A stretch of 63,645 bases of DNA, counting the filler, from Atractiella rhizophila (Eukaryota), in NCBI GenBank assembly GCA_021432655.1. It is 3 parts of 3 records of this genome, joined end to end, with 100 filler letters (N's around TTAATTAATTAA, not from the genome) between each part and the next. Parts side by side here need not be neighbours in the genome. Positions count along the whole stretch, not along the records: positions 1 to 30,171 come from MU271344.1; 2 more parts are not named here. One strand, 5' to 3'. The notes beneath the pieces were generated by a model. That model did no database searches, had not been told where the DNA came from, and worked only from the letters and a program-made list of their open reading frames with translations. Positions 12,901-25,732 of the stretch are shown piece after piece (position 1 is the stretch's first letter; each line of letters starts with the position of its first letter). The translations under genes were made by a program, and so were the position numbers.

Positions 12901-15900
12901 TTCATTGCTTCTGATTGTTTGGAAAAGCTGAAAGGAATTTCAAGATTTCTGAAGTAGAGTAGGCTAGATTTAAGCTTCTCCTCGTCTCTTTTCCACTCCA
13001 GAATGGCTTGGGTTGCAGCTGTCACCTTTCTTGCCATCTTCGGTCGATCTCCTACTGTGTGCGACACCTCCTCCATATCCTTCAGAGTAGCATCTCGCAA
13101 ACTTTTATCCGTGACTCTGGCGTCAAGGACAGGAACAACATTAGCCTCTGCGACCGCCAGCTGAAAAAACGCCTTAGGGATCCGCGATGTCGCATAAGAG
13201 TTGGCATGGCCACTTGCGGAGACTCGAATGTCGTCTTTGAGATCAAGTTGTCCCCTGATATGGAATGATTCCATCCCGGTTACAGCTTTGTTGGAGAAAA
13301 GATATTCCAATAGAATATTGCGGCTTTCGAGCTTGATTCCTCTCACCATAGATTCACCCTCTTTCGGATCTTCTTTTGCCAATCGGACAGTTGCTTGCGC
13401 CAGGGACAGGTGAAAATACTGATCCCTAGGAAGTTTACCCATTAAAGGGACGGAAAGATCCTGTTGGGTTTCCAAGAACGGTCTTGTTGTCAATAAGTCG
13501 AGCGCGTCGCGGTAAGCGCGCAGTGCAGAAGGGTGCCAAAAGTCAACTGTCACAACATGGGCCAAACATTTGGTCTCGCCATAGATGGTATCGAGATCGA
13601 GAATAGGGATGTCGTGGCCAGCAAGGCTGTCGTACTCTTCCCATCCCGTAATATCTTGGAAGACTCGATATTCGAGCGGCCCAAAAGTGAGAATATCTTG
13701 CTTGCTTCGGTGACGTCTGGTTTGAAAGTAGCTCCGCTGTTCCGTTCGAGGTGCAATCGGAAGCGCCTCCATAGAAACTGAGAATAACCCGATCGTGACT
13801 TCGCCATCGACACGGTACATCAAAGTGTGATGACGCTTGTCGTGAAAATCAACGGCGGAGAAGCGTTTGACTCGCACTGCCTTCGGAACAGCCTTCTTGC
13901 TTGCTTCACTACGAGAACTGGAACCGTCATGGTTCATGACGGAGCGTGCGAAACTATCTCGGTAGGAAGTTTGAACATTGAAGGTGCTTTCGCTAAGGCT
14001 AATATGAAGTCTGTCTCCACGCCACTCATCGCGACCTATAACGGTGTAAGAGAACGTGTTGAGTTTGACGCATCCGATGATCCTGGGTAAACCGGCAAGA
14101 AGCTCTTCCGCAAGGGTAGGTGTCAGATGTGCTGGGTGAGCGTCGCCTTCAGATTGGCGTCCCGCATCCCTTTCTTGTCTGCGAGCCTTGTAGCGGTAAG
14201 AGCGAACTGCAAGGCCCCAATTAACAGCCTCAAGTTCCTGCATGTTACACTTCCCGCTCATCGTTCCCACCTCGAGCTCTCCAACTATGAGGTGAGAATT
14301 TGGATCTCCTTGGAAGAGAGGTTCTTGCTGAGTACGTTCTGTAGGGGCAAAAAACCTTTTCATCTGTGTAGGGAACCAATTGCTGCTGAGACTGAAGCTC
14401 GATGATCCAAGATGAAAACCTGAAAGAGGCCCTGAATAAACACTTGCTCCTTGCTCATAGCAGGACGACTCACTGTCACTTTCAGGTTTGTCGTCCAAGC
14501 TCAGACGAACTTCTACCGAACTCATACTCGCGTCCACAGTGGTGAGGATGTCTTCTCCTCCAAACCATTCCCCTTGAGCCGAGCCTTTAACCTTCACTCC
14601 TCTTCTCAGCACAAGTGCTATTCCATCTCCCTCAACACGGAATTCAATGCTCCGTGGTAGTTCTGGACGTGGGCATTCTCGCGGCCAGGCACTCTCAGGG
14701 AGAGGATCCGCAGAAGGATAGTGGGAAACAAAAAGGTTGATCCTAGGCAGCTTCAGTTGTACTTCTCGAATTGCTCTCAAAAAATTTCGAAGGTGCTTTG
14801 GAGGCAGAGGCTGATGACGCTTAGTCGCTTCTTGGAGAATTGTAGACTGGTCGAGTAAGTCTTCGTCCTCCCAAATGGTTTCAAAGGAGGCGTCCGAAGC
14901 CTTCGAGAGTCGATCCTGCTTTGCATCTGACACCTTGGGAGTCGGCAGCTGTAGCGAATTCAATAGAGGGACAGCCGCAGATTGTCCGACAAGACTTTCC
15001 ATCTTCTCGCCAAATGCCTCCAGCGCCTTCTTGACTTTATCCACCTGAATCTCGAAAGGTTGCTTTCCGAACTCCAAGTTGACATTGACGGACGCTGGTT
15101 TGAGGCCGGCAGGTGTAAAAAGACCACCTAAGCCGACGGTGGGGTCGAGCGGAGCAGTAAATTCAAGCTTGACCCAACGAGGGAGATTGAAGCAAATGGC
15201 CTTTGTTGTCGTTGCGCATTCCACTACCTTCACACCTTCCAGTTTCAGCCATCCCATCACATGGTTTTCCTTGCTCCTCTTTAACTCAACTCCGATCCTT
15301 GCCTTCTCAATGACAAGCGTTCCCAATCCTTCAACTTCCAAGGAGAAATCAACCAACTCAAACGAAAACCACCCGAGGACAAACGCGAACGTTCGACCCA
15401 ACCAGTTTGCGAATCGCAGGATGCGTCGAGGGATAGCGTAGCGCAGATGTCGTTTCATCATGTTCATCCTCGCTCTCAAGGGGCTCCTCCGCCTTCCGCG
15501 CAAATGTGTTTGCATTGCAATATCTTCATCCTTCTCCAGATCTCGATTTTTCCGAGTCGCATCGTTTGAGCGGGAAAGCTTTGGAGTTGTTGGTGTTGGC
15601 GTTGATGTCTCAGATAACGTAGTTGATGCCGGCTTTTGGCGCTGCGCCTGGAGGAAGGATACGGGGAGCTTGAGTTTCAATCCGTAGATGCCTATACCGC
15701 ACCAACCAGCCTTCTTGTGCTCTTCCGTTCCAATCAGGTCCTGATTAAGTACTCCAAACCAGAGAAACTTCGAGACCGCAATTTGGATCCCATTCTTCGG
15801 CAAGCAATAGTTGATATCTTCAATAAACAATGGCCTCTTCCACGTCCAGCTTGAAGATAACCCGGAGAAATGGGACGGCAGGTACCCGCTGAGAAAAAAT

Positions 15901-16064
15901 GGCAGGAAACCGTATCCCGCGACGACGGCAACGAAGACAACTATCGATAACCATATCATCACTGTCGCCTGACGAGACAGTATGTGTTTGAGAGAATCAT
16001 AGGCTCCAGGAATGTACAATAGACAGACAAATGACATGAGAAGTGGTAGGAGACGGTTCTGCAT
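6989..16064 (-). CDS. FMP27: FMP27/Hobbit (BLTP2) bridge-like lipid transfer protein
   Basis: Very long exons (about 2900 aa total), N-terminal hydrophobic anchor, motifs FWDKIRL, HLKGSRDPY..GFGAGF, HFFAWWKLF..LSLPIRQG, KFGRHCGTIKY, C-terminal Apt1-like region. Confidence 0.9.
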
Positions 16065-17419
16065 GGTTTTGAAAGGGATTTGGAAGAATCCGGATGCGCG
16101 TTACTTGACACGAGATAACTAAAAGACCTGCAATAATCGCGTCATGCTCAGTGCCTGATTTGTCGGCTAGAGAGGGCCCCATAACAAGTGTAACAATGCA
16201 AAGAACTCACCTGTTCGCGGTGCTCTTCTTTAATCAATCCCCGAGGTAAATGCATCCACTGACACTTCAGCTCGACGCAATCGGCTCCTGTTCAAATCCG
16301 GCTCTGTTCTTCCCAAACAAGCAGGAAACAACCAAGCCAACCGATACTCGGTCAATCCAGTAAAGTTTCTTGTGAATAGACCTGCTTGAAAGTCAGAATG
16401 GGAGGACTGTTGGACGTGGGAATGAGTGAGTGAGACCCAAAAGTATAAGGTTGCGGCAGAGCCTTCTCACCAATTTTTGTCACGTGCTAACATAACTCGT
16501 TAACCCAACGATTTTTCAGAAGTGCACAATGTCTGTAGACGAATGACTGTGAGTGGATGAAGACCTGAGTGCGTAATTATATAATGTGGTCTTCAATTCT
16601 ATGGAGAAGTTGTCATCGTCGCTCGCGCTCAGCCACTCAACCTTTTGGTCATTTCGCACTCACGATGGCGTTGGTCGACCGTTCTTTTCAGTAGTTCATA
16701 AAATCGGTATCATTTTTTTGGATATGGTTGTATCTGACCAAGTTTCACACATTTCATACCAATCTTGAAAGAACCTCGCTTTACTAGATTCGCGGACTTC
16801 AGCCTTGAATAGCTTAGTAGCTCACTATTCAGCTTCAGTGCCTTAAATCATGTAAGCGGGCTGATCCATCAATGTTGAGGCAAGAACTCTCTCAATATCT
16901 CAAGCTTCAAGCAAGAAAAATAATTATAAGTGCTACTTGATAGTATAATGCAACTACACCTGACAAGACCCCAAGTTGCAGATCTACCCGCTTTGTTGGC
17001 ACAGCTGTTTTGTTATTACAATGGGCGAAACATCTTTCGTTCATACCAGTGGCGTTCCTTCCTTTCTTTCTAGGAAGTCGACGTTCAGAGATGAGACAAA
17101 GTTAGTGTTAACAACTGCACACGGTTGGTCATAAAGTCCCAGGACTGCTTCAAGCAACGTAAGCTAAGTCATAGCATTGTGTCTACCTTCATGGTTTCCT
17201 AAAACTTCCCTGGTGACCAACAATGGCCCAACAAGTCATCCTGAGTTATCAATTGCGATTGCGCATGTCGGCGCATCAATCTCATCATCGCAGCCGCAAT
17301 TTCTGATCGAAAACGCCCAGAAAGAGAAAATCAAAGCCTTCGCCTCTCGCTAGATCTCGCCCTCCACCTCTCACACTTCGCCCTTCATTACGCGGTCATT
17401 GATATTGTAACCTGCAACG

Positions 17420-19030
17420 ATGGATGAGATCCCAATCTCGACACCCCAAGCGTTACCCAATCTCCCCGATCCTCTCGTCGTGTTAGAGCCCGAGGGGATG
17501 TACGAGGGAACTGCATTGGAAGAGGAATTGTTCTCAGCTGCTGGTGCAAGGGTTAAGTTCATTCGAGGTAACATTGGCCGTACAGGTTAGTCTCTTCGTT
17601 CCTACTTGATTGGAGCTGAAATGTCTGATTTCGGACAGGAAGCTTAGATGATATCGACGATGAAATCTGCAAGACAGTTCACGGTATCCTCGTAAACATC
17701 CTTTACTGGCTGTCTCGCTTGGTTACTTAACGCCAGGCAAATAAATAGATATTCCGACATCATTTCGGCAAGGACCAAATTGCCCGTTTTCCCCTCCTTC
17801 GCGCGTGCATTAGGTGTGGAGCAGGATACGATATTCTAGACAGAGAGGAACTGGCCCGACGAAACGTTCTCGTTGCCAACATCCCTGACTACGGTTCGTC
17901 TCAGTGCACGAGAAGCCCGTCATTGATTCTATTCAAATTGCAGGAACGGCAGAAGTAGCTGACCACGCAATCGCGCTTGCACTTTCCCTTCGTCGTACGT
18001 CCTGCCGCCGCTTCATCCCCCTTCTCTCAAACTCAGCCATCATCTCGACTTAATGACGCTATGACAGGTGGGGTGTCCCTCCATGAACACCTCCAGCGAG
18101 CAAATCCTCCTGCTCCATGGGAAATCAATCCATCCCCTCTCATCCACCGTCTTGAAGGGAAAACTTTTGGCGTTCTAGGGCTGGGTACGCCTCATTCGAT
18201 CTTGATTCGACATTTGAGCCAAGTCCCATTTTACATTTTTAGGGAGGATCGGGACGGCTGCCGCTCTTCGTGCGAAAGCATTCGGATGGAAAGTCATCTT
18301 CTACGATCGTTCGTCCTGCTCTCCACTCATTCTCCTTATCAGAACTGAACTGTCTCGCCCTGCCATGTAGCCTATCTCAAGAACGGAGTAGACAAATCTC
18401 TGGGGTTCGAGCGCATCAAGACACTCGAGGAATTCTTCCGGCGAACCGACACACTCTCCATCCACGCCGTACGCCTTCTCCATCTTCGTTGCTTCGTTTG
18501 CGAGCGTGCACCGTACTGATGTTACTCGGAATGGACGCGTAGCCTTTGACGCACAATACTCGTGGTTTGGTTACGGAGAGACTGTTGCGCCTCATGCCCG
18601 CTAAAACTTCGGTACTGATCACAACCGCTCGCGGCCCAATTGTAGACTTAGACGGACTCGAAGCTGTCAGCCTCCTTTCTCCACTGTAACCACTACCGTA
18701 CAATGATTCCTGATAACTCGTTTTGATGCCAGGTATTGAAAGACAACCATCTTGCTGGTGCGGCACTCGATGTCTTACCTAAAGAAGCACACGAGGATCA
18801 CTCGCTTGTGCAAGCGTATAGAAATAAAGAACCCTGGACTCTGGGCAGGTTGATCATCACTCCTCATTCCGCATTTTGGACGCCGGAGGCGTGGCAGGAT
18901 ATCAGGTAATCTTTCATGCAATTTCAGAGGACGGCACTGAAGATAGGACAGACGACTAACGGCTGAGACCATCGTGGAGCTACTGGTGTATGGCTCCAGT
19001 TTGAATGTAATCCGACCAGAGCAAGAGTGA
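17420..19030 (+). CDS. D-isomer-specific 2-hydroxyacid dehydrogenase (CtBP-like)
   Basis: Spliced CIRCGAGYDILD..NIPDYGTAEVADHA, GVLGLGRIG, TARGPIVD, AALDVL, IITPHSAFW. Confidence 0.9.
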
Positions 19031-19485
19031 TTCTCAGTAGAACTTGTAATGATAGATGTATGGAGAGAGAACTACGATGTCTACGATGTCATTACGCTCC
19101 CTGTGCGATGATCTCTGATTTCGGAACTAACCGAATTGCACGCGTTCGTCTTCCCGCCGGCTCGGAGTATCCCGACAAGGGAGTCTTCGCTCAGAACCTC
19201 AGACACTCAGCCTCCCTTCCCTTATAATTCATATTGATTCGTAGTGGATGGTAAGGCCGCATTTCGCACATAACGTCAAATCGGACGATAGTTTCCAAGC
19301 CTTCTCCCCATTCCATTTTAGAGAATCAAATTCCAAAGAAGCTGTTCGGCTTCTCCCTCCCCGCGTTAGCCGACTGCAAGTACCCGAAGCAGCCTGTCCA
19401 CAACCACAAAACCATCTCCACACTTCCCCAGACTCCCTCTCCCATCCCAATCTTTTCTAATCTCAACCAGTTACTAGCAGCGACC

Positions 19486-21401
19486 ATGTCCAGTCCTCCA
19501 GTCCTCGACGAAGACCCATCCCGCGTCCTCTTCTCCGTGGAGAACGGGATTGCGCTCATCAAGCTCGTCCGTCTTTCCACACTCAAAGAGGCTGAAACTA
19601 ATTTCTAAAACTGTGACGAAAATGATAACGAACGCAGAACATGCCAAAAAAGCTCAACGCGCTCTCCCTCCCCCTCTACACCCACATCGCCGCCCTCCTC
19701 CGTTACGCCTCCTCCCTCCCCCTCGAACAGTGCCACGCCACAGTCGTCACCGGCGAAGGGAGGTTTTGGAGCGCTGGGGCGGATGTCAGCACTGGCAGAC
19801 TCGCAGGAGATGGAGAGGACGTGAGGACTCATTGGATGAGCCGTCTGTCAGCTGGTACGTCTTGATTCTTCCTTTTGAGTGTCTTTGAGCTTTTATTTCG
19901 TTGTTTTTTGAAAGAGAGATTAGACCTGAACAAGATGTCTGTTCATCTGATTTGTTGAGCTCGTCACAATTTCTAAAATTGACACGCACAGCGAGGGCTT
20001 ATGTCCCCTTCTTCCTACCCTGCGCTTCTACATCATAAGCAAGCTCAAATTCTCTACTAGAATAGCAGGAGCTATCTACCCTGCCTTGAATTTTGCGCGT
20101 TCAAAGCTGTGGTTAAAGTAGCCCACAAGCTGCAATCTCCTGTGATTTGTATTTGAATCTCCAAGAACGGAGGTGGATGCTTCTCCAGACTAGATACTAT
20201 GTAAAGAAACAATCCTGTTTTCGTCAGGCTTGCTTAGTATTCGATATAGTGAGCATGTCCAAATAATGTTGCATGTTCGCTCGTTGACCATCATAGGATG
20301 AAAATTTTTAAGAAATTGGGCCTCTGTTTAACCACAGCCAACTCACAGCTGCGTGAGAGCCGACAGACGTCGGGAATATGGACCTGTTTGTCCTCTTCTG
20401 AATTTACAAAATTCAAAGTTGGCACGTATTTGCACCTCATTAATGAATAATGAACTTCTGCGAGCCCGCTCTTCTACATGGCGAAATAGACTTCAAGTCA
20501 TGCTATGTATGATACAGCGCTCTCTTCAACTCCAATACTCGATATAATGAAACTTTCTTCTTCAAACTCGACGTTGAATTGTCGCGCTGTTGTATTACCT
20601 TCTCCAATCATTCTCACTGATCCTGGTGTGATTCTAATGCTGACTCGCCTTTGTGGAAAGGTAACATGCAACTAGCAAAAGCGTGCATGGAACACAAAAA
20701 GCTGCTCATCGCCGCCCTCAACGGTCAGTCCACACTCACTCTTATTTTCCACAAAGCTGACAAGTATGACTCGCAGGACCAGCAATTGGTCTCTCCGCTG
20801 CCCTCTTGGGTTGGTTCGACTTCCTCTATGCCACCGAGGACTTTTTCCTCCTCACACCTTTCACTGGGTCCGTATAACTCCCTCCTCGTTGCGTCCGTGA
20901 TAGAAAACGGTGCACGGTACTGATAAAACCGTCCATGGGAACAGACTCGGGCTGGCGGCGGAAGGAGGAGCGAGCTTGACGTTCCCTAGACGAATGGGAG
21001 TGGGACTAGCGAACGAAGGTGTGCCTCGCACCGTCCATCCATTCCTCCATCCCTCTATCCATCTACATCTTTGTAGCTAACTATACCCGTCGCGGACAGC
21101 TTTATTACTCTCCCGCAAGCTCACAGCAAAGGAATTGGAGCGAGCCGGATTCATAAACCGCCTCTTCCCTAAACAAGATTTTCTCTCCACCGTCCTCTCA
21201 CATGTGCGCGAGAGCACAGAGGACCTTGTGAAGGAGTCGCTGGTGCTTACTAAGACGTTGATACAGGATGGGCTGGGGAGAGAGAGGGGCGACACGATTA
21301 ATATGAATGAGATCTTTGTTGGGACGGAACGATTTGTTAGCGGGAAGCCTCAGGAAAGGTTTTTGGAGATTGCGACGAAGCAGAGGAAACATAAACTTTG
21401 A
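19486..21401 (+). CDS. Peroxisomal delta3,delta2-enoyl-CoA isomerase (crotonase family), paralog 1
   Basis: PKKLNAL, TGEGRFWSAGAD, LIAALNGPAIG, PFT-LGLAAEGGAS; C-terminal KHKL* (PTS1-like). Confidence 0.9.
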
Positions 21402-21860
21402 CGCAAACAATGTATGATGGATACATCTGCATTAATGGTTTGGCATATTGAATCCGGAGCTAAATGGAGTCAATTTGCAAGTAGAACTTTCGCGCAGAAA
21501 GCCCAACCAATTTTTGGCTCCATTTGGGAAGCCTAGCCTATGGCGAAGAAGGATGATCAAAAGATGGATAAGCAATTGGGCAAAAGTCCACTCTACTATA
21601 ATGCTCTGTTGCTTGAGATATGTCCCCGATTCTTTTGAGCCTTTCTCCTTTCTGCTCTTCATAAAATCGTCCAGACAGACCGCTCGCACCTTGTTTCCTG
21701 GAAGCAACTTTGATTGTGGATGATCTGGAGAAAAGAGCAAAGCCAAAATTTGTATGTTTGGGGCGAAGGGGATCAAACGTGCAGGATTCTGGATCGCGGG
21801 ATCGAGGACGAAGGCACAGAGCTCTAATGTTACAAGGTTCTGAATTTACAGGATTATTGT

Positions 21861-23253
21861 CTATGGAGATGGAGATGTAGTTACAGAGTATTCGGTGTCA
21901 GACGAAGATGAAGTAGATCCATCAGATTCAATGTATTCGACGTCAATCAACCATTTTGCTGTAATCCCGTGTTCTTCGACAAGGTCCTTCAATGCATCAA
22001 CAAGTTCGACATCAGCTCCATCGATATCACCCTTTAGGCAAAGCGTTTTGAGGTTTCCAGGTAGCTTTATGAACGTAGATCTCCAGAGTTGCAAATCAAG
22101 AAAACTGCCAAAACATTCGGTCAAAGTCAAAGTTCGTAAGGTTGGAGTGAAGGGTCCAAATGAGTCATATTTAGGATCCCAAGCATCGAGAGGGAATGAT
22201 TGAAGCTCCAATGTTCTGAGGTTGGGAATAGCGTTTAAAGCAGCATAAAGGTCAGCGGACGGAATCATACCCCCGGTATTGTGGCCTTTATTTATCCCAT
22301 GGGCAATCCGTAAAACTGAGAGCGAACCCGCCAATTTTTCCAAAAGATTTAGAAGCAGCTCGCCTGTGAGATCGGATTCCGCAACGACTTCGAGGAGTCG
22401 GAGCTTGGGAAGCTCTATATTCGCATTGGAGGTCAGGCTGGAGCTGAGGAGAACAGGGAGACTCGTTTTAGATGCCAAGTAATGATAATCAGTCGCGTGC
22501 ATTCGCGCGGCGGTTAAAAAGGGAGGGAATATAAAGGAGAAGGTCTCAAGATGGCTCCTAGTCGTCGGCCAACGAAGCACGATAGGTGGGGGTAAGTCTA
22601 AAAATTCGTCATCTTGCCACCCCCTTTCCTGCCAATCGTGGCGCAAGATGTCCAGAGAGCGGAGGTGTGGGCTAGAACTGAAGCATTCCAGACTATCATG
22701 GGCAAGGTAAGCCCCGTTGTCAAATATCATGAGATGTTCCACTGGTATGTTTTCGAAAAGGTCAGACACCATGGCGTCAAACATTACGCCTTCTAGGAAG
22801 TCGACAAAATTGGAGAACACTGAAAATATCTTGAGGTGCGAGCAAGTTCGAAGTAGTCGAATGAATGACAACTTTTCCATTGGGCTGTCGTGTCTCTCAC
22901 CGCAATCCGGACCTCCTTCTGCATGTATAGCAAATCGTAGGTGCTGGATCATCGGTGCCAGAGATGGATTGCGATCCAGAACGTTGAGTAAACGGTGAAT
23001 GTCGCGACAAATGAGAAGAGGTGGCGGCGTGTGACACAGAGCTCGAAGAACCTGAACAGTGGTTAGACGTTGAGGGTTACTTGGTATAAGTGCTCACCGC
23101 AGGAAGCAATGCTCTAGACAGAAGAAGCAGTTGGAAAGTATTGGAATCCCATTCTGGAATTGCAAAAGACATAATCATCTCCAAGAGTTCCTGAGGAAGA
23201 CATTCGAGATGGCAGCGAGATTGAAGGTGCGCGGGGCTCGTGCGAGAAAGCAT
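21861..23253 (-). CDS. F-box/LRR-like protein (2 exons)
   Basis: N-terminal HLECLPQELLEMIMSF (F-box-like), intron GTGAGC..CAG near 23097-23052, LxxLxL repeats. Confidence 0.7.
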
Positions 23254-23304
23254 AAGATGTCCAAAGGTCAAATCACGACTGACATCCCCTGTCCTACAAT
23301 AATT

Positions 23305-23971
23305 TCAATGTCTTAGGTCTCCATTCGATATGTGCAGAATCACGCACGCCGTTGTCCGCGTATTCTGGACGTGTTCACTCAGATCCCACTTTTGTTCCCA
23401 AGTCATTAGGTCCCAAGCCTTCTTCCAGAACACTTCGTAATCCCCGTCATCACATCTGAACCCTTTCGAAGTGTCTAAATTGCGAGTCGACCATTTTATG
23501 AACCAATTCTTGACCAATTCTTGTAATTCTTCCCTGGCTTCGTCGATAGGTTCTGTCATGGCCATGGCTAGCAAAAGCGAAGCTTAAGAAATTCTGAAAT
23601 TGATTCCGATTGTCGATATCGAATAAGGGATAGTGCGACTACTGTGGAACCTCTTTAGCACGCAAACTTTGAACGCCGGACGTTACAGAGTGATGATAGT
23701 TATCTCGAGTTATCCCAGTAATACATTTCGATGTTGCCCGAACCCTATCTCGCCATGGATAGAGTTCCTTCCCGTTCCCATCCACCTCAAGCTTCATCAT
23801 CACAACGTTCTAGCTTTTGAGTTTGATAGGTGCCAGTGAGCAGATGGGTTCTGCATCTAGAGTCGCTGGAGGAGGTTTGTGGGCAGTAGAAGAAACGGGA
23901 GCAGATGTGATGGTGTGGATGTTGACCTTCTTCAGGTTCTAGAAGGACTATATGAGAGAGGATGTAGGCAT
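23305..23971 (-). pseudogene. Decayed ORF relic (possibly retroelement gag-like)
   Basis: Frame from ATG 23971 interrupted by three TAG stops (…KLEVDGNGKELYPWRDRV…), followed by ORF 23305-23574. Confidence 0.25.
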
Positions 23972-24000
23972 TCGCCTTTTCTAAGAATTACCATCTCTTC

Positions 24001-25558
24001 ATGACGTTGCACAGAGCCTCTCCACCGTCACTGGAAAAGGATCCGGGTCGAATTTTGTTTTCTTTCGACAATGGTATTGCGACCATCACATTGAACATCC
24101 CGTCTAAGCTCAATGCGCTCCCTCTTCCCCTCTACACCCATATCGCCTCTCTCCTCCGATATACATCCTCTTTACCTCTCGAAGAATGTTACGCAACGGT
24201 TGTTACCGGTGCAGGGGCATACTGGTGCAGTGGTGCAGATATTGATGGTGCCGCTGGAGAACTGAGTGGAGAGGGAGAAGAGGTCAGAACGCACTGGATT
24301 AACAGGCTGTCTTCCAGTATGTAGCTCGCCTCCTTTGATGACCGCTTCACCAAATGTTGACTTTTGTTGACGATCATGAGCTGCTGTGGCTGTACCTAGC
24401 CTTTGCCGCTTACTCTTTAGTGACTTCATTCCACCCGTTCTCTCAAGGCGAAAACGATCATAACTTATGCTCATCTCATGTACTGATATGAAGATTCCTC
24501 CTATTATATAGAACGATCTTCCATTTCGTCTTTTACCCTAAGATTCATGTTGTGCGATAGGATAGGAAAGTAGCTGGGCCGCCTTTGGGACTACGCATCC
24601 TAAGGCTCACCTACTCTCTGAGTAATTATGCGGCTCTTATGCTGTCGTTTACGCTTTATCTTGGACTCAATCTTGTTTGGCGATTTGAGTCTTGGGCATC
24701 TCATCATTCTACTATGTGGTCCTGCACTTGCGGAACAATTACTTCCCGTTTTGCTCATTTCCTCACTTCATTTCCTCACTTCAATTCCTCACTTCAATCA
24801 GGGATGTCGCCTATTGACTGGCGCTGGTACAAGGTACTATGCAGCTTACCAAAGCGTGTATGGAGCACGAAAAGCTCCTTATTGCGGCATTGAATGGTAG
24901 CTGATCCTTTCCGTCTTGGTCTCGGTCGTTGGTTCTCCACGCTCATGATTTGCACACCATAAAGGTCCTGCTGTTGGCCTGGCAGCCTCAATATTAGGAT
25001 GGTTCGACTTCCTCTACGCAACTGAAGACTTCTTCCTACTCACACCGTTCACTTCGTGCGTAAATTATATCTCCCCTGCCTCGACGGATGTATGACGAAA
25101 TCCTGGGAAATATAGAGTAGGACTGGCGACAGAGGGAGGGGCGAGTTTGACATTTCCACGTCGAATGGGAATAGGGTTAGCAAATGAAGGTCTGTTTTTC
25201 ATATCCTGTTAATTCCTCTCCCCTTCCCGAAACCTCGACGCTGACACAACGCCTAGCGTTGCTACTTTCTCGCAAACTTACTGCCGCCGAACTTCTTCAG
25301 GCAGGTTTCCTTACGCGCATCCTCCCAAAAGATCGCTTCATCCCTTCTGTCCTGGCATGTATCCGAGAGATGACGCAGGATCTGGTGAAAGAAAGTCTCG
25401 TGGTAACAAAGAAATTGATACAGGATGGACTCAACAGACACGGAGCAGACACAGCAAACTTGAACGAGATCTTCATGGGAACCGAGCGATTCGTCTCTGG
25501 ACGGCCTCAACAAAGATTCACTCAGATCATGATGAAGCAAAGAAGGCACAAACTGTAA
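24001..25558 (+). CDS. Peroxisomal enoyl-CoA isomerase, paralog 2
   Basis: Collinear with 19486-21401 (LNALPLPLYTHIA, RTHW, GTERFVSG); C-terminal RHKL*. Confidence 0.9.
24755..24797 (+). repeat. 13-nt tandem repeat TCA(T/A)TTCCTCACT x3 in the long intron
   Basis: Seen directly. Confidence 0.85.
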
Positions 25559-25732
25559 TTTTTTTCTGTTCGGCACTGTTGTGGCATCCTTTTTCTGTGC
25601 AGGCAAGATACATTGACATAAAATGCAGAGTGTTCATCAAGTTGTACAAATAGATCTGAATCTCAACGAAGGAAGAAAGGAAAATAAGGAACAGGTTTAT
25701 GTTCTCCAGAAATCGGTGAAAGAAGGGGGCTC

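Noticed and set aside
7873..15940. Many overlapping and antisense short ORFs
   Set aside because: Shadows of long coding exons; the same applies elsewhere and to X-filled ORFs over gaps
16790..16870. TTCAGCCTTG, complementary to 18S rRNA, near a CTGA
   Set aside because: Only 10 nt and no box C; likely chance
24335..24487. TTGATGA...CTGA box pair in the isomerase-2 intron
   Set aside because: No terminal stem or convincing guide next to a D box
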